The translations under genes were made by a program, and so were the position numbers. DNA of 64,000 nucleotides, taken from contig CM121341.1 of NCBI GenBank assembly GCA_051530055.1, positions 10,084,784 to 10,148,783 on the forward strand, given 5' to 3'. Numbering within the stretch: position 1 is the first letter of the stretch; each line of letters starts with the position of its first letter. This document shows, in pieces, positions 21,928 through 34,175 of this stretch. This DNA comes from Neoechinorhynchus agilis. Lineage: Eukaryota; Animalia; Acanthocephala. Below the pieces are notes generated by a model, which worked only from the letters and a program-made list of their open reading frames with translations, was not told the origin of the DNA and searched no databases.

Positions 21928-24900
21928 ATGTTGCTCGATTGTTTGTTTCGTTCTCTTCTAAGACAGATAAATCGTAGGAATAGCGATTTCAAATCGATCC
22001 TTGAACGAATGGCAGCTCACAAAAGAGGTCTTTATCATCCGGAAACACCTCGCCACGTTCGTCTTAAGCGATCAAGGCTTGAATGTGGCATTGAAGCTCG
22101 TGTTTCCTCTCAACTATCACTGATTTGTATATCGAATGGATTTGGATGTGGACCGAAGAGTGTTTTGTTCAGACTTGAACACCGTAGTTATTTGATTGGA
22201 TGTGGAGAAGGAACTCAACGGATTCTCACTGAACTTCCACTAAAGTTCCTCAAAATATCTCATGTTTTCTTGACGAGACAAGCTTGGGATCAAGTGGGAG
22301 GAATTGTTGGACTCGCGATCACTTTAAAAACAAGCGGACTTGATGAGCTAAGGTTGAACGCTCCGTTTAAACTGAAAAAGTTCATTCAACAATGCAGAAA
22401 TGTCGAAGGGTTTGGACAAATGAGACTTTTAGAGCAGGAATGTAACAGCGACACTTTTGAACTATAGATATTTGGGGAGAATTATTAGAACCTCGTTGGG
22501 TTCATGACTGATGACGATTTACCCTTTACCAAGTACTTTTTGATAGCGAATTATCAAATAATTGATTTATTTGATAATTTTTCGTCTAGACTGAAGAAGG
22601 CCTATGCGAAGTCCCGGGACCCGTGAGGTTTTTAGAGATTAAAAGTTGCCACGATCCACTTTGCTTAATTTTTTAAGCCTTAGAGATATCGAAGGAAATT
22701 AAAATGTTCGCTGACTTCTGATTCGAATTAAAATTAGTGATAATTTCAGACAAAGCCGCCTCAACGGATCTATTGGGTAAAAAACCACGGCATCTCCGGT
22801 TGATGCAGTAGTTATTTAAGGCAAGATGTAAAAGCCTTTAGAAAAATGCCCGTTCGTAGATTGAAACCAGTGAGTTCTGAATGAATACGGGACGAACATC
22901 TCAACCAGCTACAACCTTTTTCCCTTTCTTTTACCAAAAACTTGTTCTTCCTTTACAAATAAACGAAACAAACACACGACAACAAAACGTTTAAACAATC
23001 ACCACCGTCTATGAAGAAGAGGCATCGCTGTCCCCTCAGTGATCGCGACCACACTCGCTGCGTTTCCTCTTTGGATCGCGAGATCAATGTTTTGGCGCAG
23101 GAAGGCACCAGCTCTTGTATTTCCTGTCCTGGCTTGGAGTCTACTCGATAACTCCTTCGTTAATCTAAGTGCCGAGCTACTGAGTGCACCAAAGGGTGAG
23201 ACCTACTTGATTCTCTATATTTTGCCACCAGTGGGGACTGCACCACAAACCTCCTATAAATCAATTATGCGATAATTCGCGATAAAAAAAAGTTAAAAAT
23301 GGTGAACATATTTACCAAGTGACGACTTATAAACAATAACACTTTTGAACGGTGTTGTTTTCTTCTTCAAATTACTTATTTGTTTATTTTTGTGCTCATT
23401 GTTCAAAAGTGCCGATTAATGAGTACAAAGATGATACGTTCATGATAACCAGATATTCTTACCCATCTCAGGAAAACGTTTGCTTTCTTGTGTTCAATTC
23501 TCGACCGATGCCAGGCAGGCTTTCTGTGGAGAAGTGTGTGCTTCTCGGTGTTCCCGCTAATAAATGCCGATCAAGACTTAAAAACGGAGAAAGCGTAACA
23601 CTTGAGTCGGGTAAAGTAATCGAACCTGAAGACGTACTCGAAGATTCCGTTCCAATTGTACGAGTCATCATTATTGATTTTCCTCATATTTCTCCTCTTA
23701 CCAAAGACTACTTCATCCAAAATCTAGACTCAATGTACGAAAAGGATGCCGTAGATAAGAAGCCAATAAGTTATTTTGTTCATATGACTCCGAGCGACAT
23801 TCAAGCATCCTCGGAATATAAAGAATTGTTCACATCTAGGGAATATTTTATGGACGGCATGCACTTGAAGCTTGATGAAAAAGAACCGAATATTGATTCA
23901 TCGGGCATTTTCGAAATGCAAACGCGATTAAACTCAGTGAGTGACTGGTTATTCCCGCAATTCCATATACAAGATTTATGGATCAGTGATCGTGGAGAAA
24001 ATGCTGAAGATGAGTGCAATGTCTTCTGCGCTGTCGAATAATTTCTAGTAAGTTTTTTATAATTTCGACAGGTCAAATTGTTGATGTTGTGCAAAAAAAA
24101 CTAGAAAATGAATTCTAAAATATCTTTTTTTTTTAATTTTTGACTTGTGGATGCTCCTAAACCGCTCGTCTTAGACATCTCACTTTAAAAAATCTCAAGA
24201 AACGGACACTACACGAATAGATGTGTCAGACATGTCACTGAAATCGCCGTTGATACCGATTCCACTTAAGAAATCGTTTGATAAAGTGTTGAATTTGACT
24301 ACAGGTGCCGAAATGGACTTGAGAAAGGAAAACTTTTTCATCTCAAACTGTTTTCAAACAACGGATACTAAAGAAACGATAGAGTCTACAAAAGTCAAAA
24401 TTATTGCTGATTATCCTCGTGTAATTTTTTTGGGAACAGGAGCTTCATGTCCTAGTAAATTCAGGAACATGAGTTCGATTCTGGTTGAAATCGATTCCAA
24501 ATCTTCATTATTAATGGACTGCGGTGAGTCAACTCTCATGCAGCTTAATCGATTGTACCCTGGTGAGACGTTGAAGCGAGCGGTTACCAATATAAAGGTG
24601 ATATTCGTATCCCACATGCATCCGGATCATCATCAGGCTTTATATGGCATATTGGAACTTCGACAAAAAATCATTGATCAAATGGATAACGAAGATGATG
24701 GCGTTCTTTTATTTTGTCCGTTAAAACTGCAAAATGTGATCAGGGGAGCGGCTAATGTGTTTGGCAATTCTAAGAAGGTTTACTCCGATTATTTGGGATG
24801 GGGGTGGTCGCTTTTTGTGTTTTAACCTTTGTTAAGATATTTGAAAAAACAAATATAATTCTCAATAAGTACGCTATAAGCGACGGACTCAAAGACGATA

Positions 24901-25451
24901 TACGAGAACGACTTTTAAGTTTGGGTATATTGAAGTTCTTACCTGTAACAGTTGATCACATCTACGACTCTTGTGGTCTTGTTTTCGATATTGGAAGTAA
25001 TCAAGCTGACGACGAACGGTCTTTTAGAATTGTATTTTCCGGAGATTGTCGGCCGTCTCCTAACCTTTCGGAAAAGGGAATAAATGCTGATCTTTTAATC
25101 CATGAAGCTACACTCGAGGATGGAATGGAAGATGAAGCTGAAATTATTAAACATTGCACCGTATCAGAAGCTTTGTCAATTAGTAAAAAGATGAACGCCC
25201 GTCATACCATCCTGACTCATTTTAGTCAAAGATACAATAAGGTGGTTGATATAAATCCAAAGGCTGGAATTCCTAATGATCGGATCCATATCGCTTTCGA
25301 TCACATGGTGGTCCCTCTCAAACGCTTAGATGAATTAAATTCGATTAAGGATAAATTAAGGGAAGCTTTTGCACAAGAATTCCGATTGGCAGAACAACGC
25401 AGGTCAAAATCATCTACTAGTGCTTTCCTGAGAAAGACGACCGATATCTAA
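21928..25451 (+). CDS. ELAC2: tRNase Z long form (RNase Z-L); exons approx 21928-22441, 23410-~24032, 24175-24777, 24837-25451
   Basis: The N-half has GCGEGTQR and HVFLT....GG. The C-half has FLGTGASCPSKFRNMS (PxKxRN), DCGE, HMHPDHH (motif II), FSGDCRP, HEAT and THFSQRY. Introns 22442-23409 and 24778-24836 keep the frame; the donor of the middle intron is ambiguous. Confidence 0.93.
22975..23270 (-). mobile_element. CRE-like retrotransposon 3'-end fragment in ELAC2 intron 1
   Basis: Shares acaacaaaacgtttaaacaatcaccaccg...gcatcgctgtcccctcagtgatcgc...gagacctactt with 25910-26160. Confidence 0.85.
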
Positions 25452-25904
25452 CCAATGTGTCTCATTCGTTTAATAAATTTGAGTCCCTTTGTGAAATCAT
25501 AAATCGATTCGGTTTGCCTATACATTAAGGAATCGTTGTCTTGCTTCTTTTTAACAAACGGTTCAAAGCGTCGCGACATTTTTTAATTTTTCCATAGAAA
25601 ATAATTGGGGATAATCAAGTTATAATTTTGTGGCGCACCCGAGCCATGGAGTGTTGAGACGACGTTACCTTGTCAAATAAGTATACAATTCTAATTTCTC
25701 AATTTGTTTAATCTTCTTGTTTCTAGAGAATATCCTTCCCAACAATTAAGAGATTTTTGTTATCGACGCAATACTATATCGTTACTGGCGTGCCTTACGG
25801 TTTCTTATTCGATTAACACCGTTACAATGATCAATATCTAAGAACTTTTTCGGCATAAAAATGCTTGCTTAGAAATTAATGTATTTTTGTGATCTTCATT
25901 AATT

Positions 25905-28490
25905 TTTTTAACAACAAAACGTTTAAACAATCACCACCGTCTATGAAGAAAAGGCATCGCTGTCCCCTCAGTGATCGCAACCACACTCGCTGCGTTTCCT
26001 CGTTGGATCGCGAGATCAATGTTTTGGCGCAGGAAGGCACCAGCTCTTGTATTTCCTGTCTTGGCCTGCTAGATGCCGAGCTACTGAGTGCACCAAGAGT
26101 CTCCACTCCAAAGGGTATAAAAACATGAGACCTACTTAATTCTCTATATTTCTCCACCTATCGGTCCTCCGCGGGAGTAGCCGCTCCCCCTCCTCCTGTT
26201 ACTTGCCGCGAACGCGTCTATACACGTAGCCTCCCAGAGAAAACATTTGCCTTCTCGCCACGGGAATACGGTGACGCCATCCGGACGACGACCATCGAGT
26301 CGGCACAGGTTGCTTGGCTCTAAAATGTATGGGACTTTCACCGTATTCAGGGATCGCGAAATTACGTCGTTCAATTCAGCATGCCGTGAGAAACGACCCC
26401 CTGATTTGTTGCAAACAAAACCATGTCCCCTCAGTGGATCAACGATCATTCCACACCGGCAACGATGTTCTACACAAATCGGTAGACCTAATCTGAGGGA
26501 AACTCCGATCCGAACTGCTTCGTCTACGAGGAGTGTTCCCACTGATGCAATGGGTAGGACTTCTAACCATGCTCCCGATTCTCTTGTAGAGACTGCCCGC
26601 AATCTAGCCCGGTCGATCTCGCCGCGAGAGTCTGAAATTAGAAAACTATGAGCTCGGGCGACCAAAGGTTTATCCCAGATAGGCTGTTTTAGGCAATTCA
26701 CGGGAACTTGGTTGTAACCCGTCTTCGCCCATCATTCCTGGATCGCTACTAGAAATTCGTCAAATGATCCTAAAAACGCGGGCAACCACACATCTACTGT
26801 TTCTCGAGTACTCAAGCCACCGGACGATACAGGCAACGAAGCTTATCGCCAGGCCTCATGTGATAGCTGGATATTTAAAACGTGCTCGAGACACGCCTTC
26901 ACAATGTCATCGCGCTTCTTTAACTTATCAACGTGCTTGAAGAAGGAAGCCGTACGCAGTTTATAAAGTAGTTTCGGATTCAGAGGGTGTTCCTGATCAG
27001 GAATAAAGCCTCGTGTGACGAAAGATCCCCGGACTCTTTCACACAGTATCGTGATGTTCGGGAGTAGATGGTAGATTTAATTTTCCACATTAGAATCAAA
27101 AACGCAGCTCCCTAAAAGACTCAGCCGGTCTAGAGTGATCAATTCTAAACCGGGTGCCAGATTTCTAAAACCTTTGACGATTTCGCTCTGTGCTGACTCG
27201 TCCTCGATGTTCATTACCTACAATTCGCATTTCCCTTCATCAAGCTCGACGTCCAATCTCGCAGTCTCCTTTACGAGTGTCTCCAGATCGTTCGGTACTA
27301 CGGAGGAATCAATTCCGAGTGTAGCGTCATCTAGGTACCAAGCGTTAAAGCTGGACTGGAGAGAGCGCGCTATTGGATTCATTGCAAGGGAGAAATCGAT
27401 TGGATCGGGCCAAATGAGGTGATCGTTAAACAGCAAAAGAGTCGGGTTACCGTATGCGTTGAGAAAATAAGGAAAAGCTTCTGGTGCGTGACTTTTGAGT
27501 GGCTCAAACAGAGCGATACGGTGAATGGAATTGAAGGTATTTCTAAAGTCGCACTTCAAAATCACACACGGCGTTGAACGATTGGTGATAAACTGGCGGA
27601 GTGCGTGGACAATGGCTTCGGACCCGCAAGGTGTGCAGCATCCCAGTCAGACTGGGCGAAGTTGCTGACCTATGCCTTCTGCAATACGCTTTCGAAGGAT
27701 TTTACCCGCGAGCCGACGTATAGCCGAGCCAACGGCGATGGGACGAATCCCACCAGTCTTTTTGTTCAAAGCGCGCAAAGATGCGCCAAAAAATAACTCA
27801 ATTACCCGTGGATGTAAATTTTTTTCGATGAAAAGGTCTAGTCGACAAAGATGGGTAGCGAAGGGGTGGCCTGCATCTCTAACTGAGAACGATTTCATAT
27901 CCTTTTAATTGCTGAGGACGAAGCCCATCGAGGCCATGGTCAAAGCCGTGGGCGAAGGAGGATATGGCCATTCTCAGTTCAACTGTCGAAGTGGAGTGTC
28001 TTTGAGAGCTCCCCGAACATCTCCATCGGCGCGTTTTGAAGATACGCACTCAGCAAGCGGTCTCGTAGATGTTCGATGGCAGTTAGTCTCATTTGTACGT
28101 TGTTTGGGATCCTCCTCTGTTAAACGACGAATGCTCAAGAAACTTTCCTCAAAGGATACGAGGCGTCTTTTGATTACCGCAGTGAGGGACTTCTCCGAAC
28201 TGTCGTCAGCGGAAAGCAAAGAGAGGTGTCCAAGAGGACTCTGAATTTTGCTCGAAGCAGTCCAGCAGAAGGGTGGTGAATCATTTAGCTACTAGATATC
28301 GCGCTCCCTTTGGGATCAGTTTCAGAATGTTGCTGGGAAGAACACGCACGAGATCATGAGCGGAAGGAAGACTGTCGGCGTCATCGGGAAACGTCGACGG
28401 ATTTACTGGTGTTGCCGGTTGAAGTGATCGCGGGATTTGACCGGATCCCCAACAACGTGATTTGACGGGCCCATGAATGCGCAACCCCCC
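25905..28490 (-). mobile_element. CRE-clade non-LTR retrotransposon (RT + zinc knuckle + restriction-like endonuclease), 5'-truncated and inactivated
   Basis: Motifs are KLIPKGAR, GIRPIAVG..RRL, LKCDFRNTFN, WYLDD, CRCG...HGFVC...RH..LND, RPDG...WEATC, VPFGVET.G and QRGN-like end. Frameshifts, stops and loss of the QQGD part of the RT motif indicate decay. Confidence 0.9.
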
Positions 28491-28804
28491 CCCCAGTTTC
28501 GTGAACTTTTGAACTCATTGGTTGCTATGATGGAACTGAGTGATCAAAAATACTCAGCTGAATGCCAATCTTATTCCAAAATTAAAAAATTGCCTCATAG
28601 TTTTGCACTAGTTCACATTAGATAATTTATCAAAATGGGCTATTTGAAAAACTATCAAACTTGTTGATTTGATCGTCTTTTGCCGGAAATCCTTTTTTAA
28701 TATTAAGCCTCCATTTTTTTCTATGTATATCGTTAGTCAGTCTTCGAAAACTTAATCCGAAACGCTCGTACCTCTCCATACCTACGCTCCTTCTTCCATG
28801 CTGC

Positions 28805-28910
28805 CCCCTGCAACAAAATATCTCGCTCGCAGTATAACGAGGCAATGCTGCTAGCGTGATAGCGACAGCCGAGAAAGGAGAGAAGCTCTAATTTTGCGAA
28901 CGGTGGTGAT
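28805..28910 (+). mobile_element. Very short CRE-like 3'-terminal fragment
   Basis: Encodes QQNISLAV*RGNAASVIATAEKGEKL followed by acggtggtgattgt, the same 3' UTR motif as the large copy. Confidence 0.75.
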
Positions 28911-29077
28911 TGTAATGAACCAGTTCGTTGGGTTGTCGTCGTGCACCAACAGAGACGAGCTACTCTTGAGCGATTTGACAGGACCGCTCGTGTTCATCTT
29001 TGCGTTTGCGTTTGAAGACTTGAAATGAATCTGAGGAGAAACAAGCGCTTCTGCAAGCAATAAACACTAATGCCTAC

Positions 29078-29250
29078 CAGAACGGACCTTCCCACCCAAC
29101 CGGATATTCTCAAACGAACGGACACATCCTCACCCGAACGAACCGTCCCCGGATAGATAGTTCCCACCCGAATAGGCATCCCTCCGACCTGATATTACCT
29201 TTCGAACGGACATCCCCCGACTGGATATTCCCATATTAACGGATACGCTT
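29078..29250. repeat. Degenerate short tandem repeat (aacggaca..ccc..ccga.(c/t)ggatattc motifs)
   Basis: Several imperfect copies of aacggac and ggatattc in a C-rich background. Confidence 0.5.
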
Positions 29251-29269
29251 TTCTTTTTTTGAACCATTA

Positions 29270-29750
29270 TGAACTTGAATGCTTATGAGGACCCAAAGGT
29301 ACATGAGTCATCCTGTTCCTTCTCTACAAATGGGATGCCCACATTTCATTTACACTCTCTAAAACAAACCCTCGTCTTTAGCTCTTCAAACTACTCCGGC
29401 GTCTCGGCGTTTCCCCTAAACGCCTTGCCCACTTTTATCTTTCTGCCATCCTTCCTATCCTTAAATACGCCTTCCCCACTTTCCTCGCCCTTTCCACCAA
29501 TGCTCCCCATTCCCTCAAAACCTTGCACAAGAGAGCAGCGAGAATATGCGGGACTTCACTCCCTCCCCTCGACGCCCACCTCCATTTGCTCCAAAAACGC
29601 CCTCAGTCTTCTTCAACCCCCTCCACAATTTTCTTCTTCCATCTCTAAATACTCTTCCCTAGTAAACACCCGGAACCCAACCTTTTTCATCCCCCCTCGC
29701 TCGTACCACCCTCTACCAAAAATCTTTCTTCCCTCAAGCCCGATCTTTAA
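29270..29750 (-). mobile_element. Heavily decayed C-terminal RT region of an RTE-like LINE
   Basis: The minus-strand translation RMAER*KWARRLGETPRRRS...ESVNEM resembles the WxGHVxRM..R.(W)..P..R..GRP..W tail. There are many stops. The + strand ORF 29269-29754 is its antisense shadow. Confidence 0.45.
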
Positions 29751-29929
29751 TTAATAACCGGAGAACAAGGAAAGACTCCTAATCTGTCATTCTCCTGTAA
29801 AACTCCTTCAAAGACAAATCCCACTTCCCTGCCTTAACATCCGACATCCAGACAACTTCAGCAAAGATAGATGCTGGCAAGTGTATGGATCGTTTTTCTT
29901 ATTCAATAAAACGTGTTTGTTGAACAATA

Positions 29930-31340
29930 AACGTGTTATTATATTATAGGATAATGTGGATGCGGACAGATCTTAGATTGCAATGCCTGCTGATCGTTTC
30001 TTGCTATGCCCCACAAGCTGAACTCACGCAGCAGGAGAAAAACCAGTTCTTGGAAGATCTATATGATGTGGTCCATGAAATCAAGGAGGAAAGATATATA
30101 ATATGTGGAGATCTCAACGGTCTTGTTGGCGCGGAAAACTCGAGCTTGTGTCAAGCACACGGTGGAAGAGGCTTTGGAACCCGAAATTTAGAGAAAGCAT
30201 TTTGGATTTTGTGTTACCAAATAAACTTCGGATCACGAACACTTACTTTAAGAAAGAAGAACGCCAATTTGTGACTTACAGCACCGGCGGCAGGAGGAAA
30301 AACGCAAATCGATTATATCCTCTATCCACAAGAAAAATGGAGAGGAATGAAACACGCAAAAACTATACCTGGAGAGACTTACGCTTTGGAACACCGTTTA
30401 CTGTGCATAGACCTCTAGATCAAGAACATCAAACGGCCCAAATAAAGGATGCCTAATAAAACCAAATTGTGGCGACTTGATCAAACTCCATAATTGTGAA
30501 GAATTCAAGAAGCATGTCATCAGCATTCTAAATCACGACATTGAGGATACGAATAGATGCTGGATTAAATCGGCAGAGAAATCCTTGGATAAAACCACAG
30601 GTAGAAAATTACCGAAACAAGAAACATGGCGGTGGAGCGACGAGATGCAAAGGGCGATAGCGGACAAAAAGAGTGCGAAAAAGAAAATGGATGCAATATA
30701 TGAGAAATCGAGAAATATAGCAAAGAAAGCGGTGGCGATAGGGAAGCAAGAGGCAAATTCGAACTTCTATATTTAAAGCTGCAAAAAGACAAAACAATGT
30801 CATATGTGTTTATAGTGATGAAGATCAGAGATCAGGGACCTAAGGACATTACGACGGTAAAGAAAATTAAGAACAAGGATGGGAACATTTTGAACGAAGA
30901 AAAAGAAGTTAAAGAAAAGTGGAGAGAATACTTCAATCAACTGCTGAACAGTACGAATGGAGCAGAAAGAGTGCACGAACCTGACGAAGGATTAATCAAC
31001 GCAATATCAGAGGTCGAAGATAAAACCGCACTTTCCAAGATGAAAACCAATATAGATCTGGAAGGTGCTTGAAGCTGATGCTGTTCCACTATTAACAAAT
31101 ATCTTCCAACGAATACTTACTACTGAAAAGATGTCCGACGAATAGAGGCAGTGAACATTGGTTCCGATATAGCTATCGAGGAAAAAATGTTGATCCACAC
31201 GATGAAGCAATACAATAGGATAATTGATCAACGTCTGCGGAGCGAAATGTCCATATCAGAGAAGCAGAGGGGATTTATGCCCGGCAGAAGTAGTAAAGAA
31301 ACTTTTTTTATGCTCTCCAATTGCAATCAAATCTGAAATG
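29930..31340 (+). mobile_element. RTE-clade LINE fragment (APE endonuclease into N-terminal RT), frameshifted
   Basis: Motifs are SCYAPQ, IICGDLNG.VG, LRITNTYFKK, QETW.WS.E, IKNKDG.IL....VKEKWREYF.QLLN and Q.GFMPGRS. Confidence 0.85.
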
Positions 31341-31655
31341 GGACTTGCACATTATCTTACCATCCGTCACCGCTGCCCTTTCACACGAGCACAACACTCG
31401 TAATTCATTTAACAACAACGCGTTTTATTAATGAACAAAAAAGCGGAACCGTGGACATCTGAGTCCTGACCCGTCAACTTTGAATTTGTTGTTATTATTG
31501 TTTGCGGGCGACTCGAAGGTTTCTTTGTGCATTATTAAGAAATGAACGTGTTGTCATTGAGGGAGCAGCAAATTGGCGCATTCAATTTAAGTGCCATTTC
31601 GGAACTTTGCATGCGCGCGGGAATAATCGTTGGCTATCCTTGCGCCGCTGGAAAC

Positions 31656-31735
31656 TGGCAGCGGTGGGATTCGAACCCACGCCCTTTCGGACCAGTGCCT
31701 TAAACTGGCGCCTTAGACCGCTCGGCCACGCTACC
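31656..31735 (-). tRNA. tRNA-Leu(AAG): tRNA-Leu, anticodon AAG
   Basis: Reverse complement is GGTAGCGTGGCCGAGCGGTCTAAGGCG-CCAGT-TTAAGGC-ACTGG-TCCGAAAGGGCGTGGGTTCGAATCCCACCGCTGCCA. Acceptor, D, anticodon, variable and T arms are all intact. Confidence 0.97.
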
Positions 31736-32026
31736 GGGAGCTGAACTTTTCATATTGACAACATCTTATCTTTGATTTTGACAACATTGGTGACTCTAAA
31801 ACCCTTAAGTTTATTTAGTCAGAATTATCGGGCGTTTGCGATTGATTCCATAATCAATGTCGTGAGAACTCATCGATTTAGATGTTCGGTAAACCGCGAA
31901 ATTGCTTTATTGATATTCAAATTTTCCCCTTGGGTTTCCATGTACAATAACTCATTCCAAACTGTTGCACTTACGGTGGCATTCACAACTAACTAAGCAT
32001 TATGCTTCCTCTGAGTATTTTTTAAA

Positions 32027-32335
32027 ATGCATTCACGTTCTCTATTGTTCATCTTTCTTTGTCTACTGATAGTTGCCTTTCACTGTCGCGCAGTGGGCAA
32101 ATCCTCAGGACGTGGACGATCATCCGCATCTAGAGGATCAGGTAGATCGCATCATGCCACCAAATCGTCTTCATCGAATGGCGGCGCGAAATCGAACCGA
32201 CACGGATTTGGAGGAAAGTCATCGAAAATGGCAAACAAGAGATCTTCAATATCCTCAACACCAACCCGAAGTGTGGGCATCAAGGCTAAAATGGATTTTA
32301 AAGCAGGAGTAGAAGTTCATGTAAGGCATCACTGA
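32027..32335 (+). CDS. Putative secreted Ser/Gly/Arg/Lys-rich small protein (may splice onward at 32321)
   Basis: Signal-like MHSRSLLFIFLCLLIVAFHCRA followed by a basic low-complexity tract. There is an in-frame GTAAGG donor at 32321. Confidence 0.5.
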   Translation: MHSRSLLFIFLCLLIVAFHCRAVGKSSGRGRSSASRGSGRSHHATKSSSSNGGAKSNRHGFGGKSSKMANKRSSISSTPTRSVGIKAKMDFKAGVEVHVRHH

Positions 32336-32439
32336 AATATCTTTTATATTTTGAAGAATACGTTTCTCAAAGTTAGACTTAAAGAAATAGACCTGTCGCA
32401 CAAACTGGAACTTTCAATCATTCTTGAGAAAATGCAATG

Positions 32440-32574
32440 CCACTAAATGCTTCCAATGAAACCAGATTAAAAGCACAGAACGCATTCTTAAATTAAAGAA
32501 TAAAAGATAATTAAAGAAGAGGAATTTAGCTCAAAAATTACCGAAAGGACGTAGAACAACTGCTCAAAATTGCA
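32440..32574. repeat. 135-bp direct repeat, left copy
   Basis: Identical by eye to 35219-35353. Confidence 0.95.
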
Positions 32575-33221
32575 TGAAATCACAAACAGTTTGGTTTTCA
32601 GCTTTTCCCAAACGATATTTTTCTGAAGAAAATGATGATTTATTTTGGCGTCTCTTTAAATTCAAAATGGCGCCGATTTCGTTTCCTTCGTTAAGTTAAT
32701 TGAGAATTTTTGACTAACGTTAGAATAATCTCTCCTAATAAATTGTGTCGCACGGGAAGGTCTTTCTAATAACTCAAAAGTTCTTGTCCTAATCATTAAT
32801 CTTGATCGCAAACCTACAAATCTGATCTGACCGAGTCGTGTCCGAAAATTGTTTGAAAAATAGTATAAATTTCCATAAATGTCGAAAGTTAGTAGCTCTC
32901 GAGAGAGGGAAAAATGAGTGAGTGAGAAGAAGTAGCTTCTACGAATGCATTGTTTTCGCATTCTGTTATGCATACGAATGTTACAACTCACTTAGTGTTT
33001 AATCGCTTCGACAAAATCATCAAATCTTTAACTAGAACTTGTTTTCTATTAAAAATGCGGCAACCGCTTTTCGAACTCTTCATTAGATCTCTCTATTGAT
33101 TCCTTGAATTTGATCAACAAATAAAAGATGAAAAAAACTCGACTTCAATCACAAATAAGAAAACGTGATTTCTACTGTGTCAAGATTCAGAAAAAACTTC
33201 CATTAAGTTCACAATTGTCTA

Positions 33222-33881
33222 TCATTCAGACGACCTAGGATAAAAGCCTTCGATCACTTTCCACAGGTCCTTCATTGACATTTGCTTTTCGAAATATTCC
33301 TTCAGTGCGGGAACTGATTCCACTAATCTTTTATTCCTCGCTACAAAATCTGCTTGGACCCGATGACGAGTGTACGCTTCCAATGTACGGATAAAATAAT
33401 AGATATAAAGATCCACGTAGGTTAATTGAGCCGAAATCATGTATCCGTCTTTGCCGAACAATGCTTCCAACTTCTCAAGGGAGGCGAGTAGTTTTGGAAC
33501 TTCATCGTTAAAAAATTCCTGTATTATTCTTTGACGCTCCACCGGTGAAGCAACTTGATATCCCTCCCCGAATTTGGCGAAATGGTGGTCGATTACACAA
33601 ATAGCCGCATCGCATCGAGCAGCGTCCAAATCTGATTGGCCGGCTAAGCCGAATTTTTTGCCAAGATATCGAACAATGGAACTGGTCTCAAATAAAAGCT
33701 CGCCGTCTACTTCAAGCACAGGAACTTTATTCAATGGCATTTGTGATTTATACTTTTCAGCCCAATCATTCCTTTCAAATCGAATATCTTCAAATGGCTG
33801 ACCAGCTACAGTTAGCAACATTCGAATTATTTCGCCCCTTCCTTCAACATCGAAGTAGTAGACGGTGTATCTCGGAGACAT
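33222..33881 (-). CDS. Glutathione S-transferase, sigma-like, intronless CDS (219 aa)
   Basis: Contains YYF..GRGE.IR.L, FED.R....W, P..KVPVLEVDG, IVRYLG.KFGLAG and LTYVDL. The catalytic Tyr is present. Confidence 0.93.
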   Translation of the reverse strand: MSPRYTVYYFDVEGRGEIIRMLLTVAGQPFEDIRFERNDWAEKYKSQMPLNKVPVLEVDGELLFETSSIVRYLGKKFGLAGQSDLDAARCDAAICVIDHHFAKFGEGYQVASPVERQRIIQEFFNDEVPKLLASLEKLEALFGKDGYMISAQLTYVDLYIYYFIRTLEAYTRHRVQADFVARNKRLVESVPALKEYFEKQMSMKDLWKVIEGFYPRSSE

Positions 33882-34175
33882 TTCGTGAACAAGACTGTAC
33901 CAGTGTAACTTTTCTACCTTTAAATAAAGAAAACGAAAACGCCTACTAGAAAACTAACAAGAAACGCGAGTCATCCACTTTAAGGAACGACACTTTTTCT
34001 ATGACTAGGAATGCTAACAAATATGCCGATATTATTGGTGCTGCAGTAAGCGGTAAACTGCCCTTTTTCGTACAATTTCCTATAATTCCTATAATACTGA
34101 ATTGTTTAGAATTCCTAAAAATTCTTGTTTCGGTCCTCTCAAAAAACTACACGCTAAATTGAAAGTTTAAGAGTA

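Noticed and set aside
24039-24041. Alternative genetic code (TAA reassigned)
   Set aside because: TAA, TAG and TGA all act as normal terminators in the other genes here, and long ORFs such as piwi, GST and the ELAC2 exons have no other internal stops.
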